DNA of 64,000 nucleotides from the NCBI GenBank assembly GCA_963744145.1, contig CAVUSO010000001.1, positions 1,088,001 through 1,152,000 on the forward strand, read 5' to 3'. The notes below the pieces were generated by a model. That model saw only the letters and a list, made by a program, of their open reading frames with translations, ran no database searches and was not told the DNA's origin. Made by a program: the position numbers and the translations under genes. Each line of letters begins with the position of its first letter. Position 1 is the stretch's first letter. Positions 20,372 through 30,950 of the stretch are shown here, in pieces. This DNA is from an uncultured cyanobacterium. Lineage in GTDB: Bacteria; Cyanobacteriota; Cyanobacteriia; Cyanobacteriales; CAWUOF01.

Positions 20372-21424
20372 ATGAGACTTTTAATTGTAGATGATGATCA
20401 TCACCTTGTTCAATCACTAATTAAAGTTCTAGTGCAGCACAATTATGTGGTAGATATTGCTAACGATGGTAAGTCGGGATGGGCTTTAGCAACTGCCTAT
20501 AATTATGATTTAATCATCTTAGATATCATCATGCCACTCATTGATGGGATTAGCCTATGTCAGAAATTACGGCAACAAGGTAGTCAAATGCCAATTTTGT
20601 TACTAACTGGTTGTGATACTCAATTAAACAAGGTAAGTGGGTTAGATGCAGGAGCAGATGATTACATAGTCAAACCTTTCTCTTGGGAAGAATTTCTGGC
20701 TCGAGTGAGGGCGTTATTACGTCGTCGAGATGGAAAGTCTTCACCGACGTTTTTAGAATGGGGAGATTTGCGTTTAAATCTGATTAATTGTCAGGTCACT
20801 TGGCAACAAGAAAAATTATTGTTACGTCCCAAAGAATATGCTTTGTTGGAGCTATTTCTCAGAAATCTGAATCGGGTTTTTAGCTGTAGTGCCATTTTAG
20901 ATCATCTCTGGTCTTGTGAGGATTCCCCAGGGGAAGAAACCGTAAGAGCTCATATTAAAGGATTGCGACAAAAATTGAACAGTGTGGGGATTAAAGATGC
21001 GATCGAAACTGTATATGGTTTAGGTTATCGTTGGAAACCCATCGAAGAAAGTGAAAGCATGGTAGTTCCCGTCACTGCGGAATTAGGACAAGCCAATTGT
21101 GCCATTACCCTCAAAGAAATGTTAGCAGATTCTTGGAAGCAAATTAAACCTGCGGTGTTGGAACAAGTAGCTTGTTTAGCACAAGCAACCACTTGTTTAG
21201 ATGGTGAACTCCAAGAAAAAGCGATCGGATCTGCTCATCAATTAGCTGGGTTAGTGGGGGCTTTTGGTTTTCATCAAGGGACGAAGTTATCTCGGGAAAT
21301 TGAAGCTTTATTACAAAACAAAGCGTTAAAAGACAGTAAAAAAAAGCTGTATTTACAAAACGCGATCGCTGCTTTGCATCGCGAATTATCTGGTGGGTTT
21401 GATCGGGATCTCGAAAATATTTAG
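20372..21424 (+). CDS. OmpR-family response regulator with C-terminal Hpt (RcaC-like REC-wHTH-Hpt)
   Basis: IVDDD, LDIIMP, GADDYIVKPF, EETVRAHIKGLRQKL, IETVYGLGYR, AHQLAGLVGAFG. Confidence 0.9.
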   Translation: MRLLIVDDDHHLVQSLIKVLVQHNYVVDIANDGKSGWALATAYNYDLIILDIIMPLIDGISLCQKLRQQGSQMPILLLTGCDTQLNKVSGLDAGADDYIVKPFSWEEFLARVRALLRRRDGKSSPTFLEWGDLRLNLINCQVTWQQEKLLLRPKEYALLELFLRNLNRVFSCSAILDHLWSCEDSPGEETVRAHIKGLRQKLNSVGIKDAIETVYGLGYRWKPIEESESMVVPVTAELGQANCAITLKEMLADSWKQIKPAVLEQVACLAQATTCLDGELQEKAIGSAHQLAGLVGAFGFHQGTKLSREIEALLQNKALKDSKKKLYLQNAIAALHRELSGGFDRDLENI

Positions 21425-21525
21425 TTAAGGACAGTTATTAAATTTTCAGGCGATCGATATAAATATTAATTTTCGAGCCAGATCACAGATAAAACTAACA
21501 CTCGTCATTAGAAAATTTTTTCAAG

Positions 21526-21558
21526 TTTCACAAGTTTTTCAGAGTTTTTGGGTAAATT
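21526..21558 (+). promoter_or_regulatory. OmpR-type direct-repeat box plus -10, upstream of the EAL-HK genes
   Basis: TTTCACA-agtt-TTTCAGA-N9-TAAATT; same motif and spacing as 19776-19808. Confidence 0.6.
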
Positions 21559-21637
21559 ACAAGTTAGCTACTATAATTCAGGTCAAATTTACTACCTGAA
21601 TCTGTCCATTGATTGTAATTGTTGCCAAAAATTACCA

Positions 21638-22687
21638 ATGCTAAACCATCAAATCCACTTGGTCATCCAACCCGCAGATCCGGAAACTTCCATGAATCTT
21701 GCTCAATTAGGTTTTGAATCTATATCAGCTATTCCTGAACTGATGTATCAAACTGTAACTGATCAGCAAATTAACCAGATTGCATTGCAGATGGTTAACA
21801 TTTCTGAGAGTCATCAAAATGCTTCCCGATTTATCATAATTGAATATGACAATATCTTTACCTTTAATCATCAGGATCTTTTACTAAAATTCCTCAATGC
21901 TAAACCACTTAGCACTCTCACCATCAGCTATAAATATCGATGGTTTTTAGAACGCTTGGAACGTCGTCATTTTTTTATCAAGTATCAACCTATTTTTAAT
22001 TTACACTCAAAACAAATTGTTAGTCATGAGTGTTTGCTCCGGACAATTTCTGATACGGGTGAATGTATTAGTGGTAAGGAAATTTTTGATGCAGCAATTG
22101 CCACAAAGTCAACTCAAAGATTAGATGAAATAGCACGAGAACTTTGTATTGAATCAATTGGTAACTTTCGGAGAGAGCAACCTTTTTTTATTAATGTGAT
22201 GCCCAATGCTCTTTTAAGTAATCCTCAATCAATTGAAGATAATTTAAAGGATATTCTCAGTTGGCACCTTCAACCCCAGCAAATTATTTTTGAGCTGACT
22301 GAGCTAGAAAGTATCAAAGATAAGCCAAGACTAGCAAAAATCCTTAAGCAAATGCAAACCTGGGGATTTAGAATTGCGATCGATGATTGGTGTGGTTATG
22401 TTCCAAATAATCATTATTTCATGGAATTTCAGCCAGACATTATTAAATTAGACCGTCAATTAGTTCAGAATTGTAGTAACCACAGCTTAAAGCGAATTTT
22501 AATTAAAAGTTTACTTACTTCCGCCCAAGAGTTAGATATTATGGTGATTGCCGAAGGATTAGAAGCAGCAGCAGATATTGAATGTTGTCGTGACTTAGGA
22601 GTAGATTATGGACAAGGTTTTGGGTTAGGTATTCCCCAAATGATTCCAGAATTTATTTGTTCTGATTGTTCACGTTATTGCCTATAA
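21638..22687 (+). CDS. EAL-domain protein, partly degenerate
   Basis: YQPIF, ECLLR, FINV, FELTE, AIDDWCGY, IKLDR, AEGLE, GQGF. Confidence 0.85.
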   Translation: MLNHQIHLVIQPADPETSMNLAQLGFESISAIPELMYQTVTDQQINQIALQMVNISESHQNASRFIIIEYDNIFTFNHQDLLLKFLNAKPLSTLTISYKYRWFLERLERRHFFIKYQPIFNLHSKQIVSHECLLRTISDTGECISGKEIFDAAIATKSTQRLDEIARELCIESIGNFRREQPFFINVMPNALLSNPQSIEDNLKDILSWHLQPQQIIFELTELESIKDKPRLAKILKQMQTWGFRIAIDDWCGYVPNNHYFMEFQPDIIKLDRQLVQNCSNHSLKRILIKSLLTSAQELDIMVIAEGLEAAADIECCRDLGVDYGQGFGLGIPQMIPEFICSDCSRYCL

Positions 22688-22742
22688 TTATATTTGACCA
22701 TTAATGACACAATTTTTTAAGGAAAATGAATAATATGGATTT

Positions 22743-24248
22743 ATGATTGAAAATGTAACCAATGGCTTATTATCAGAAGAGATTCTAAAAGATAGCGAAG
22801 AAGCCTATCGTTTGCTATTTAATAATAGCGAGGATATGATCTTTGTCCATGAACCAAATACCAATTTTATCACGGTCAACTATGCTGCTTGTCAGAGATT
22901 GGGATATAGTTATGAGGAATTATGTTCCCTCAAACCAAGTCAGATAATTAATCAGCAATCAATAGAGGAAGGATCTTTAGTAATGGAGCGGTTATTAGCA
23001 GATAAGCATGCTCTATTTGAAGTCATAGTTATTACTAAGAATCAGACTGAAATTTTAGTAGAAATGAATTCTCATTTTTTTATTTTTCAAGGAAAACAAA
23101 CTATATTATCTATTGCTCGTGATATCACTCACCGCAAGCTAGTAGAAGAAAATTTACGTCGGAGTGAAGCTCGATTTCGGCAAATTTTTACTAATGCGCC
23201 AATTGGGATTTTTTTTGCTAATTTAGATGGACAATTGCTCCAAGTAAACCAAACCCTTTGTGATTTATTAGGTTACAGTGAGGCTGAACTCAAAACTAGG
23301 CGTTTTCAAGAATTTACTTACCTAGCCGATCAAGACCGGGAAGCATTACTTCATCAGAGACTTTTAAGAGGAGAAGTTTCTAGTTATAAATTAGAAAAAC
23401 GCTATGTGAAATCTAATGGTGAAACGATATGGGTAATGGCTACTCGCAGTTTATTACAAGATCCCGATAGTAAACAAATCGGGATATTAGCCATGGTTGA
23501 AAATATCACGGAACGGTTTGCTATAGATCAAATGAAAGACAATTTTATTTCGATCGTCAGTCACGAAATGCGAACACCTTTAACTTCTATTCGTGGTGCT
23601 TTAGGATTACTAGCAACTGGAAAATTAGGTACTTTAGCTGCCGATGGGGAAGAGTTGTTAAATATTGCGCTATTAGAATCGCAACGTTTGGTGCGCTTAG
23701 TCAGTGATATTTTAGATTTAGAGCGTCTGAGATCAGGATATCTAACTTTAGTTAAAGAAAACTGTGATCTGGCAGATTTAATGTGGAAAGCATTTCATAG
23801 TATTAAAGCCCTTGCTGAAACTGAGAGGATTACGGTAGAAGTTACACCGCTCACCTACAAGGTTTGGGTGGATAGCGATCGCATTATTCAAGCTTTGACT
23901 AATTTACTGAATAATGCCATTAAATTTTCTCCGGCTCACAGTCAAATTTGGTTTCGGGCTGAGCCCCGCGATCGCCAAGATCAATTGGCACCGGGACAGT
24001 CACCCTTTATTTTGATCACTGTCAAAGATCAAGGGAGAGGAATTCCCTTAGACAAATTGGAAACAATTTTTGAACCCTTTGAACAGGTAGACGCGTCTGA
24101 TTCACGACAAAAAGGAGGAACCGGCATGGGGTTAGCAATTTGTCGCAGCATTGTCAAACAACATGGGGGGGAAGTTTGGGCAACGAGTCAACTAGAAGTA
24201 GGTAGTTGTTTTTTGATCATGCTACCAATTTTTATCAAAGGTATGTAG
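22743..24248 (+). CDS. Cytoplasmic PAS-PAS histidine kinase
   Basis: Two PAS/PAC; SIVSHEMRTPLTSI, NNAIKFS, DQGRGIP, GGTGMGL. Confidence 0.93.
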   Translation: MIENVTNGLLSEEILKDSEEAYRLLFNNSEDMIFVHEPNTNFITVNYAACQRLGYSYEELCSLKPSQIINQQSIEEGSLVMERLLADKHALFEVIVITKNQTEILVEMNSHFFIFQGKQTILSIARDITHRKLVEENLRRSEARFRQIFTNAPIGIFFANLDGQLLQVNQTLCDLLGYSEAELKTRRFQEFTYLADQDREALLHQRLLRGEVSSYKLEKRYVKSNGETIWVMATRSLLQDPDSKQIGILAMVENITERFAIDQMKDNFISIVSHEMRTPLTSIRGALGLLATGKLGTLAADGEELLNIALLESQRLVRLVSDILDLERLRSGYLTLVKENCDLADLMWKAFHSIKALAETERITVEVTPLTYKVWVDSDRIIQALTNLLNNAIKFSPAHSQIWFRAEPRDRQDQLAPGQSPFILITVKDQGRGIPLDKLETIFEPFEQVDASDSRQKGGTGMGLAICRSIVKQHGGEVWATSQLEVGSCFLIMLPIFIKGM

Positions 24249-24360
24249 TTGCGCTTTAGTGTTCTGATCGCAACTACACCAATTTTTATCCAAATTTAGG
24301 CGTTGCTGATTTACGGTATGAATAAATAATTTGTAGGGGCGTATTGCAATACGCCCCTAC
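24240..24360. repeat. GTAG-type REP palindromes
   Basis: gtagttgcg...cgcaactac (related copy at about 36955-36990); perfect 28-bp GTAGGGGCGTATTGCAATACGCCCCTAC at 24333-24360, identical at 55345-55372. Confidence 0.8.
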
Positions 24361-24440
24361 TAGATTTTCTAATTATATCATGTCTGGAAGATTAACCAAT
24401 GCCCAAATTTAACTGTCCTTACCTAAATCGATCAACTTAT

Positions 24441-25481
24441 TTAGTGAGCCATTTTGCGATCGCGTTTCATTTTCAGGAATAAGCCACCTAAGAACATCCC
24501 AGCGATCGTGGTTGGTTCTGGTACAGCTGAGTTTGAAACTGGATTTTCTGTATCCGTTGGTGCTGCTACTGATTGACCACCAGGAAGTGTAGATTTATCA
24601 AACTCGAAGGCGATCGTGTTTGTCCCGGTGAATAGACTAGAATTATAGCCAGTATTCAGCAACGCTTGGGTCAGAGAACCTGTTGATAAGAAAGAAATTG
24701 TCGAGAGAAATGTTCCTGTGGAAATCCCATTTTGGGAAAATGTATTGTCTTGGCCGTTATTATTATAGTAGGTATCGCTTAAATCGCCAAAGTTTACTGT
24801 TCCATCTGGATTTAGTGAACTATTACTAGATCCGGTTCCAGCCCAACCTTTGACATCGTTTTCGTAACGAGTAATTCCACCATAAGCAGTTGTGTAGCCG
24901 TCTTTTTGTCCAGTCAAGCTTTGGGTTGTTACATCACTATAAAGACCAACACCTAAATTCGGATTATTCCCATTTTGAGCATTATCAGCATTAGCTGAAG
25001 CAAAACGAACTCCAAACAAATTCCCAGCAGCTTCTGCTTGATCAAAGGTTTGACCTTGGAAATTGAAGAATAAGTCACCCCATCCTATTTGCCCACCTGT
25101 AACACCAGGGGCATCAGCGTCAGCATATCCAGTTAATGGCATATTGGCGTTTAAAGCAACAATGATGCTAGTGGCAGTTTCTAGAACACCTATACCTCTA
25201 ATTTGATAAGGGTTAACACCATTAGGTCCGCCAAAACCGTAGCTACCATCTGCACCATTATTGGTGTTATTCGTTGCATACTGCCAACCTGTATTGCTAT
25301 CAGTAGTATGGTATGCGTCAGTACCGTTCACATTAAGACCAACGTTATCGTTGTCACACTCCAGGGATACACTGAAGGTAGTTCCAGTACTTAATACTCC
25401 AGCTTGGGCTTGTCCAGTTAGAGCCAACAAGCTTAATGTTGCCATACTGGTTCCGAGTAAAGTTTTGCGAATGACGTTCAT
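24441..25481 (-). CDS. PEP-CTERM (exosortase-sorted) surface protein, XDD3-like
   Basis: Signal peptide ending AQA; G/N/T/S-rich body with IGWGDLFFNF; VPEPTT, TM helix, basic tail. Confidence 0.88.
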   Translation of the reverse strand: MNVIRKTLLGTSMATLSLLALTGQAQAGVLSTGTTFSVSLECDNDNVGLNVNGTDAYHTTDSNTGWQYATNNTNNGADGSYGFGGPNGVNPYQIRGIGVLETATSIIVALNANMPLTGYADADAPGVTGGQIGWGDLFFNFQGQTFDQAEAAGNLFGVRFASANADNAQNGNNPNLGVGLYSDVTTQSLTGQKDGYTTAYGGITRYENDVKGWAGTGSSNSSLNPDGTVNFGDLSDTYYNNNGQDNTFSQNGISTGTFLSTISFLSTGSLTQALLNTGYNSSLFTGTNTIAFEFDKSTLPGGQSVAAPTDTENPVSNSAVPEPTTIAGMFLGGLFLKMKRDRKMAH

Positions 25482-25905
25482 TTGATTGCTCCTGTTTACT
25501 TAATTAATATGTGTAGACTGGTAGTTCCGATTTTAAAGATATGTTAAAAATCTTAGAACTTGGTTAAATCTCTTTCGTTATGTCTAATCTGTCATATCTG
25601 TTAGGAAATCACAAGTACATTGGTGTCATTTTTACTAAAAAAATATATTTTTCCTGCTAATATTGAAGATTTCCCTAAGCCAGGTTAAATCAGTATTGGT
25701 ACGGTTGACTTAATTTTTATGCAGCATCAATTGCTAGTAAAACCCTGCTTCTGAGGTGAGTAATTAAAAATCTTTGAGCGAATTATTTTCAATCACAAAC
25801 GAATATTGTCAATAATGTTTATTAGTTTTTGAGCGAATAATCTAAAAATTAACTCTGATGGTCTAAATTAGGGTTTAAACAAAGAATATTTGGCAATTTA
25901 TCTTA

Positions 25906-26403
25906 ATGGCAGAAATGATTCCAGGTGTTTATGATTTGAGGGAACTACAACAGACGATCGCCTCTAGACCAAAAGATTGGCGTCCCTTGGTATTTACGAA
26001 TGGCTGTTTTGACCTCCTCCATGCGGGTCATGTCCGATACTTACGCGCAGCTAAAGCTTTGGGTCGATCGCTAGTAGTGGGATTAAATAGTGATCGATCA
26101 GTTCAAACCATCAAACCCCACCAACCGGGATTGCCCGATCGCCCGATTGTCCCAGAACTGCAACGAGCAGAGGTACTAGCGGCACTTAAATCCGTTGACG
26201 CAGTGGTAATTTTTGAGGAATTGGTCGCTAATGCTATGATCGAAGCCCTGAAACCAGATATTTATGTTAAAGGAGGTGACTATCAAATCGAAAATCTGCC
26301 CGAAGCACCTATTGTCCAAGCTTATGGGGGGCAGATTGAATTAGTAAAAATTACTATCCCAAGTTCGACCACAGGGATAGTTAGCCGAATTTTGCACTCG
26401 TAA
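25906..26403 (+). CDS. rfaE2: RfaE domain II-like (heptose-1-phosphate) adenylyltransferase
   Basis: VFTNGCFDLLHAGH, VGLNSD.SV, KGGDY, SSTT. Confidence 0.88.
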   Translation: MAEMIPGVYDLRELQQTIASRPKDWRPLVFTNGCFDLLHAGHVRYLRAAKALGRSLVVGLNSDRSVQTIKPHQPGLPDRPIVPELQRAEVLAALKSVDAVVIFEELVANAMIEALKPDIYVKGGDYQIENLPEAPIVQAYGGQIELVKITIPSSTTGIVSRILHS

Positions 26404-26443
26404 TGGTTAATAATAGGTAAAAACCCTGACTAAAAATATTTTT

Positions 26444-27175
26444 ATGACTGAATCTCGGCTTTCTGAAATTCCAGAATCTGCTAGGTCGATCGCCACTCTG
26501 AATACCAGGTTAAAGTCTGGATCAGAAAAAAATCAACTACAGCTCATCCAAGAGCTAGCTGCTGATTCCCAATGGGATGTGTTAATGGAATTTTTCCGAG
26601 AGCGCTCTCGGGAAACTTCCAATTTAGTCCTAGGGAAAGCTTATCAAGTTTTATTAGCCGCTAATGACCCACAAGTAACCGAATTTTTGCAAACTTATTG
26701 GCCCATAGGAGTAGTGCCGTTACATTCTGAGTGCAACCTAGATTATCACCCTTTACAACAATTGCTAGCTAAACAAGAATTTCAAGCCGCCGATCAACTA
26801 ACTTTACAAAAGCTGTGTGAACTAGCTGGAGCGGAAGCTGTGCAAAGAAAATGGCTATATTTTACCGAAATTGACCAATTGCCAATTCTCGATCTCCAAA
26901 CCATCAATTCTCTGTGGTTAACTTATTCAGAAGGGAAATTTGGCTTTTCCGTCCAGCGTGAAATCTGGTTAAGCGTTAGTCAAACTTGGGAAAAATTATG
27001 GCCAAAAATTGGCTGGAAAAATGGTAATAATTGGACTCGCTATCCCCAGGAATTTACCTGGAATTTAACTGCTCCGCGAGGTCATTTACCCCTAACTAAC
27101 CAATTGAGAGGAGTAAGAGTGATCAACTCACTACTGAATCACCCAGCTTGGACAAATAAAATTCCGCTCGGATAA
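26444..27175 (+). CDS. gun4: GUN4, Mg-chelatase activator (ARM-like N-terminus plus GUN4 domain)
   Basis: RKWLYFTE, SEGKFGFSVQREIW, WTRYP.EFTW, APRGHLPLTNQLRG. Confidence 0.92.
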   Translation: MTESRLSEIPESARSIATLNTRLKSGSEKNQLQLIQELAADSQWDVLMEFFRERSRETSNLVLGKAYQVLLAANDPQVTEFLQTYWPIGVVPLHSECNLDYHPLQQLLAKQEFQAADQLTLQKLCELAGAEAVQRKWLYFTEIDQLPILDLQTINSLWLTYSEGKFGFSVQREIWLSVSQTWEKLWPKIGWKNGNNWTRYPQEFTWNLTAPRGHLPLTNQLRGVRVINSLLNHPAWTNKIPLG

Positions 27176-27248
27176 AAATACTAGAATTACTAGGTTGAGC
27201 GGAGCGAAAATCCTCCCAGAACAATAGATATAGGAAATCACTGAAAGA

Positions 27249-28646
27249 ATGAATTCTCTGTGGCAACAATTGACTTTATCAACATTATCAATCCAGGAAT
27301 GGCGATCGAACAGCTATTTATATCGTTTGGTTGGCTCCCTCCAAAATTGGCGATCGGGTAGTTTTCTGATTGCTTGGGGTGATGCGATCGCGACCTTATT
27401 GGTGAGTTTAGTATTTGTTTTAGCGCCGTTTGTAACATCTAATGATTTGATCGGGTTATTATTGTTTGCTTGTGGGTGTTTTTGGTTATTACTCACCTTG
27501 TCAGATCAGGGCAAATTGAGTATTACTCCCATTCATTTGTTAGTGTTGCTTTACTGGGGAATTGCCACAGTAGCAACCAGTATGTCACCAGTCAAAACTG
27601 CGGCTTTTGTCGGTTGGGGTAAACTCACCCTATATTTGTTGTTTTTTACCTTAATGGCGCGAATATTGCGATCGCCTCGGATTCGTTCTTGGTTAATTAC
27701 TCTTTATTTGCATATTTGTTTAATTGTCAGTGTATATGGAGTCAGACAATGGATTGAAGGAGTAAAACCCCTAGCTACTTGGAACGATCCGATGTCATCC
27801 ATGGCGAAAGAAACCAGGGTATATAGTTATTTGAATAATCCGAATCTATTGGGAGCTTATCTATTACCAGCGATCGCCTTATCCTTAGCTGCATTTTTTA
27901 CCTGGCGCGGTAAAGGACCAAAAGCCTTAGCCTTAACCATGTTAATTGTCAATTGTGCTTGTTTGCGTTATACAGGTAGTCGTGGTGCTTGGATTGGTTT
28001 CCTATTTCTGATCATTGCCTTTGGCATCTTATTATGGTTCTGGTGGCGCAATTATTTACCACCCTTTTGGCGCACTTGGTCTTTACCAATCGGACTGGTA
28101 AGTTTTATTGGTGGTTTACTATTAGTGATAGTTGTGGTTGAGCCTTTACGCAATCGGGTATTAAGTATTTTTGCCGATCGAGATGATAGTAGTAATAATT
28201 TCCGTCGCAATGTCTGGGATGCGGTATTAATGATGATCGCTCATCGTCCGATTCTGGGAATTGGACCGGGAAATACAGCGTTTAACAAGATTTATCCTAT
28301 ATATATGCACCCTCGCTTTAGTGCTTTGAGTGCTTATTCGATTTGGCTGGAATTGTTAGTGGAAACTGGAATAATTGGGTTTAGTGCCTTTATGTGGTTG
28401 CTGGTGGTAACCTTTAACCAAGGTTGGACGCAGTTATTGCGGTTACGACAAATTAATAGTCAAGAAGTATATTGGTTAATCGCAGCGATCGCCACTATGG
28501 TAGGGATGCTTTGTCATGGAGTGGTAGATACGGTCTGGTATCGACCAGAAATTAATACTCTTTGGTGGTTAATGATCGCGATCATCGCTAGTTACCATGT
28601 CCTACCACAGTCGGAACCAATTCCGGAAAATGAGCCAGCGAGCTAA
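27249..28646 (+). CDS. ictB: IctB family (O-antigen-ligase-like) membrane protein
   Basis: LATWNDP, RVYSYL.NPNLL, R.DSSNNFR.NVW, GIGPGN.AFN.IYP, ALSAYS, DTVWYRP. Confidence 0.93.
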   Translation: MNSLWQQLTLSTLSIQEWRSNSYLYRLVGSLQNWRSGSFLIAWGDAIATLLVSLVFVLAPFVTSNDLIGLLLFACGCFWLLLTLSDQGKLSITPIHLLVLLYWGIATVATSMSPVKTAAFVGWGKLTLYLLFFTLMARILRSPRIRSWLITLYLHICLIVSVYGVRQWIEGVKPLATWNDPMSSMAKETRVYSYLNNPNLLGAYLLPAIALSLAAFFTWRGKGPKALALTMLIVNCACLRYTGSRGAWIGFLFLIIAFGILLWFWWRNYLPPFWRTWSLPIGLVSFIGGLLLVIVVVEPLRNRVLSIFADRDDSSNNFRRNVWDAVLMMIAHRPILGIGPGNTAFNKIYPIYMHPRFSALSAYSIWLELLVETGIIGFSAFMWLLVVTFNQGWTQLLRLRQINSQEVYWLIAAIATMVGMLCHGVVDTVWYRPEINTLWWLMIAIIASYHVLPQSEPIPENEPAS

Positions 28647-28721
28647 CCCTTTTTATTTGTCAATCTGGTAAATAACTGCTAGAATAGATGATCTAATCTG
28701 CACTCAAAATTAACCGCACAG

Positions 28722-29830
28722 ATGTTAGAACTGCTAGATATTAAACGCGAAATCGAAATCTTGTCCCGACAGCCTGGGGAAAACCCAGGACTATCTTTGA
28801 CTTACCTGCTTTACAAGCTAAAATCAAAGACCTAGAACAGATCGCAGCTCAACCAGGGTTTTGGGATGACCAAACTGTAGCTCAACGGATTCTCCAGGAA
28901 CTCAATGATCTCAAATCCCACTTAGAACAATTTCAACAGTGGCAAGTTGGTCTGGAGAATACTACTGTTGCTTTAGAATTACTAGAGCTTGAAGCCGATG
29001 AAATCTTGTTTGCTGAAGCAATCAGCACCATCTCCCAACTCAGTCGGGATTTAGATTTGTGGGAACTGCAACAACTATTATCTGGTCCCTACGATGAAAG
29101 TGGTGCTGTCCTCACGATTAATGCTGGTGCTGGTGGGACTGATGCTCAAGATTGGGCAGAAATGTTAATGCGAATGTATACCCGTTGGGGAGAAAACCGG
29201 GGTTATCAAGTACATTTAACTGAAATTTCTGAAGGTGATGAAGCGGGAATTAAATCGGTTACCTTGGAAATAAACGGGCGTTATGCTTATGGCTATCTCA
29301 GAGGAGAAAAGGGAACTCATCGCTTAGTCAGAATTTCCCCATTTAATGCTAATGGTAAACGTCAAACCAGTTTTGCTGGGGTGGAAGTAATGCCGATTTT
29401 AGATCAATCGGTACAATTAGATATTCCTGATAAGGATTTGGAAATTACTACTTCCCGCGCTGGAGGTAAAGGTGGTCAAAACGTTAATAAGGTAGAAACT
29501 GCGGTCCGGATTGTTCACAAACCAACTGGGTTAGCTGTACGTTGTACCGAAGAACGTAGTCAGTTACAAAATAAGGAAAAAGCTCTAGCTCTATTAAAAG
29601 CAAGATTGTTAGTGATTGCTCGAGAACAACGCGCTCAAGAAATTGCTGAAATTCGTGGTGATATGGTGGAAGCTGCTTGGGGTACTCAAATTCGTAACTA
29701 TGTATTTCATCCTTATCAATTGGTCAAAGATTTACGCACTAATTTGGAAACAACTGCGATCGCTGATGTCATGAATGGGAATTTAGATTTGTTTATTGAA
29801 AAATATTTGCGGCAAACTCCCCTAGAATAG
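28722..29830 (+). CDS. prfB: Peptide chain release factor 2 with programmed +1 frameshift site (CTT TGA C, 28795-28801); one further extra base near 28765-28785
   Basis: SPF and GGQ motifs; N-terminal [27 protein letters not shown] junction recovered only after removing one base. Confidence 0.93.
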
Positions 29831-30067
29831 TTGACAAGAGCAAAAATTATCTCAACCGTTTAAATCCAGCTCAGTTTGAACGCTAAAAATTTACGTATAT
29901 ATGCTGAGATCCGTAAATTAGAAGTTCCATAGTTCCGTAAAACAACTATGGCTAAAAAGAATCACCACTAGGGAAAATAGGATATAGGTGGCAAAAGGCT
30001 TTTTTTTGTTTTTGAAACGCTCAAATCCATCAGAGAGAATTTGTTTGTGTAACAGAGGATTTTTACG

Positions 30068-30850
30068 ATGGCAGCTCAATCCGCTCTTCGGTGTCGAGGA
30101 ATGGAACTCCTGGTTGCTTACCACCAGAACCCATCCATCGCTATTCGCAATCAACTGGTGCGGTTGAATGTTGGTTTAGTTCGGAAAATTGCCCATAGAG
30201 TTAGTCATCAATGTTCCGAACCCTATGAAGATTTAGAACAAATTGGCTATCTAGGTTTAATTCGTGCGATCGAACGTTTTAACCCTACCCAAGGTGCTGC
30301 ATTTAGTTCTTTTGCGGTTCCCTATATTCGTGGTGAAATGCTGCACTTCTTGCGCGATCGCAGTCCTGCTGTAAAAATACCCCGTCGTTGGCAAGAATTG
30401 CAAAAACATGGGCAAAAGGTTAAAGAAGAGTTAACACTTGATCTTGGTCGTTTACCCAAAGATACCGAAATCGCTGAAAAATTAGGCGTATCTGTCCATG
30501 AATGGCGTGAAAGTAAGCTCGTTGTGCAAAATTGTAAACCTTTAAGTCTAGATGCGACCATTGGTCAGCAATTTGATTGTCCCATCACCTTGGGAGATGC
30601 ACTTCCTGATGCTCGCGATCAAGAACGTCAGCAATTAGAAGAGGAAAGACAGCAAATTCGTTCAGCTCTGACCCAGTTAGAAGAAAATACCAGAACTGCG
30701 ATCGAAAGTGTCTTTTTCCTTGATGTTTCTCGGAAAGAAGTGGCTAAACAAATTGGTGTCAGTCCTATGACAGTTACCCGCTCCTTACAAAAAGGAATTA
30801 AGCAGTTAGTATCCTTATTACAACAACAGGTCTTTCAACCTGAAGTTTAA
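30068..30850 (+). CDS. sigF: RNA polymerase sigma factor SigF
   Basis: RNQLVRLN.GLVRKIAH, EDLEQIG, FSSFAVPYIRGE..HFLRD, GVSPMTVTR. Confidence 0.93.
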   Translation: MAAQSALRCRGMELLVAYHQNPSIAIRNQLVRLNVGLVRKIAHRVSHQCSEPYEDLEQIGYLGLIRAIERFNPTQGAAFSSFAVPYIRGEMLHFLRDRSPAVKIPRRWQELQKHGQKVKEELTLDLGRLPKDTEIAEKLGVSVHEWRESKLVVQNCKPLSLDATIGQQFDCPITLGDALPDARDQERQQLEEERQQIRSALTQLEENTRTAIESVFFLDVSRKEVAKQIGVSPMTVTRSLQKGIKQLVSLLQQQVFQPEV

Positions 30851-30950
30851 TCTATGCTTGGTTCTGCTGGCCATCATGCTAATTGGTGAATTGCGCTTGA
30901 ATTTATTTTTTGTCACCCTGACGAATAGCCAATTAGCCATTATGACTATT

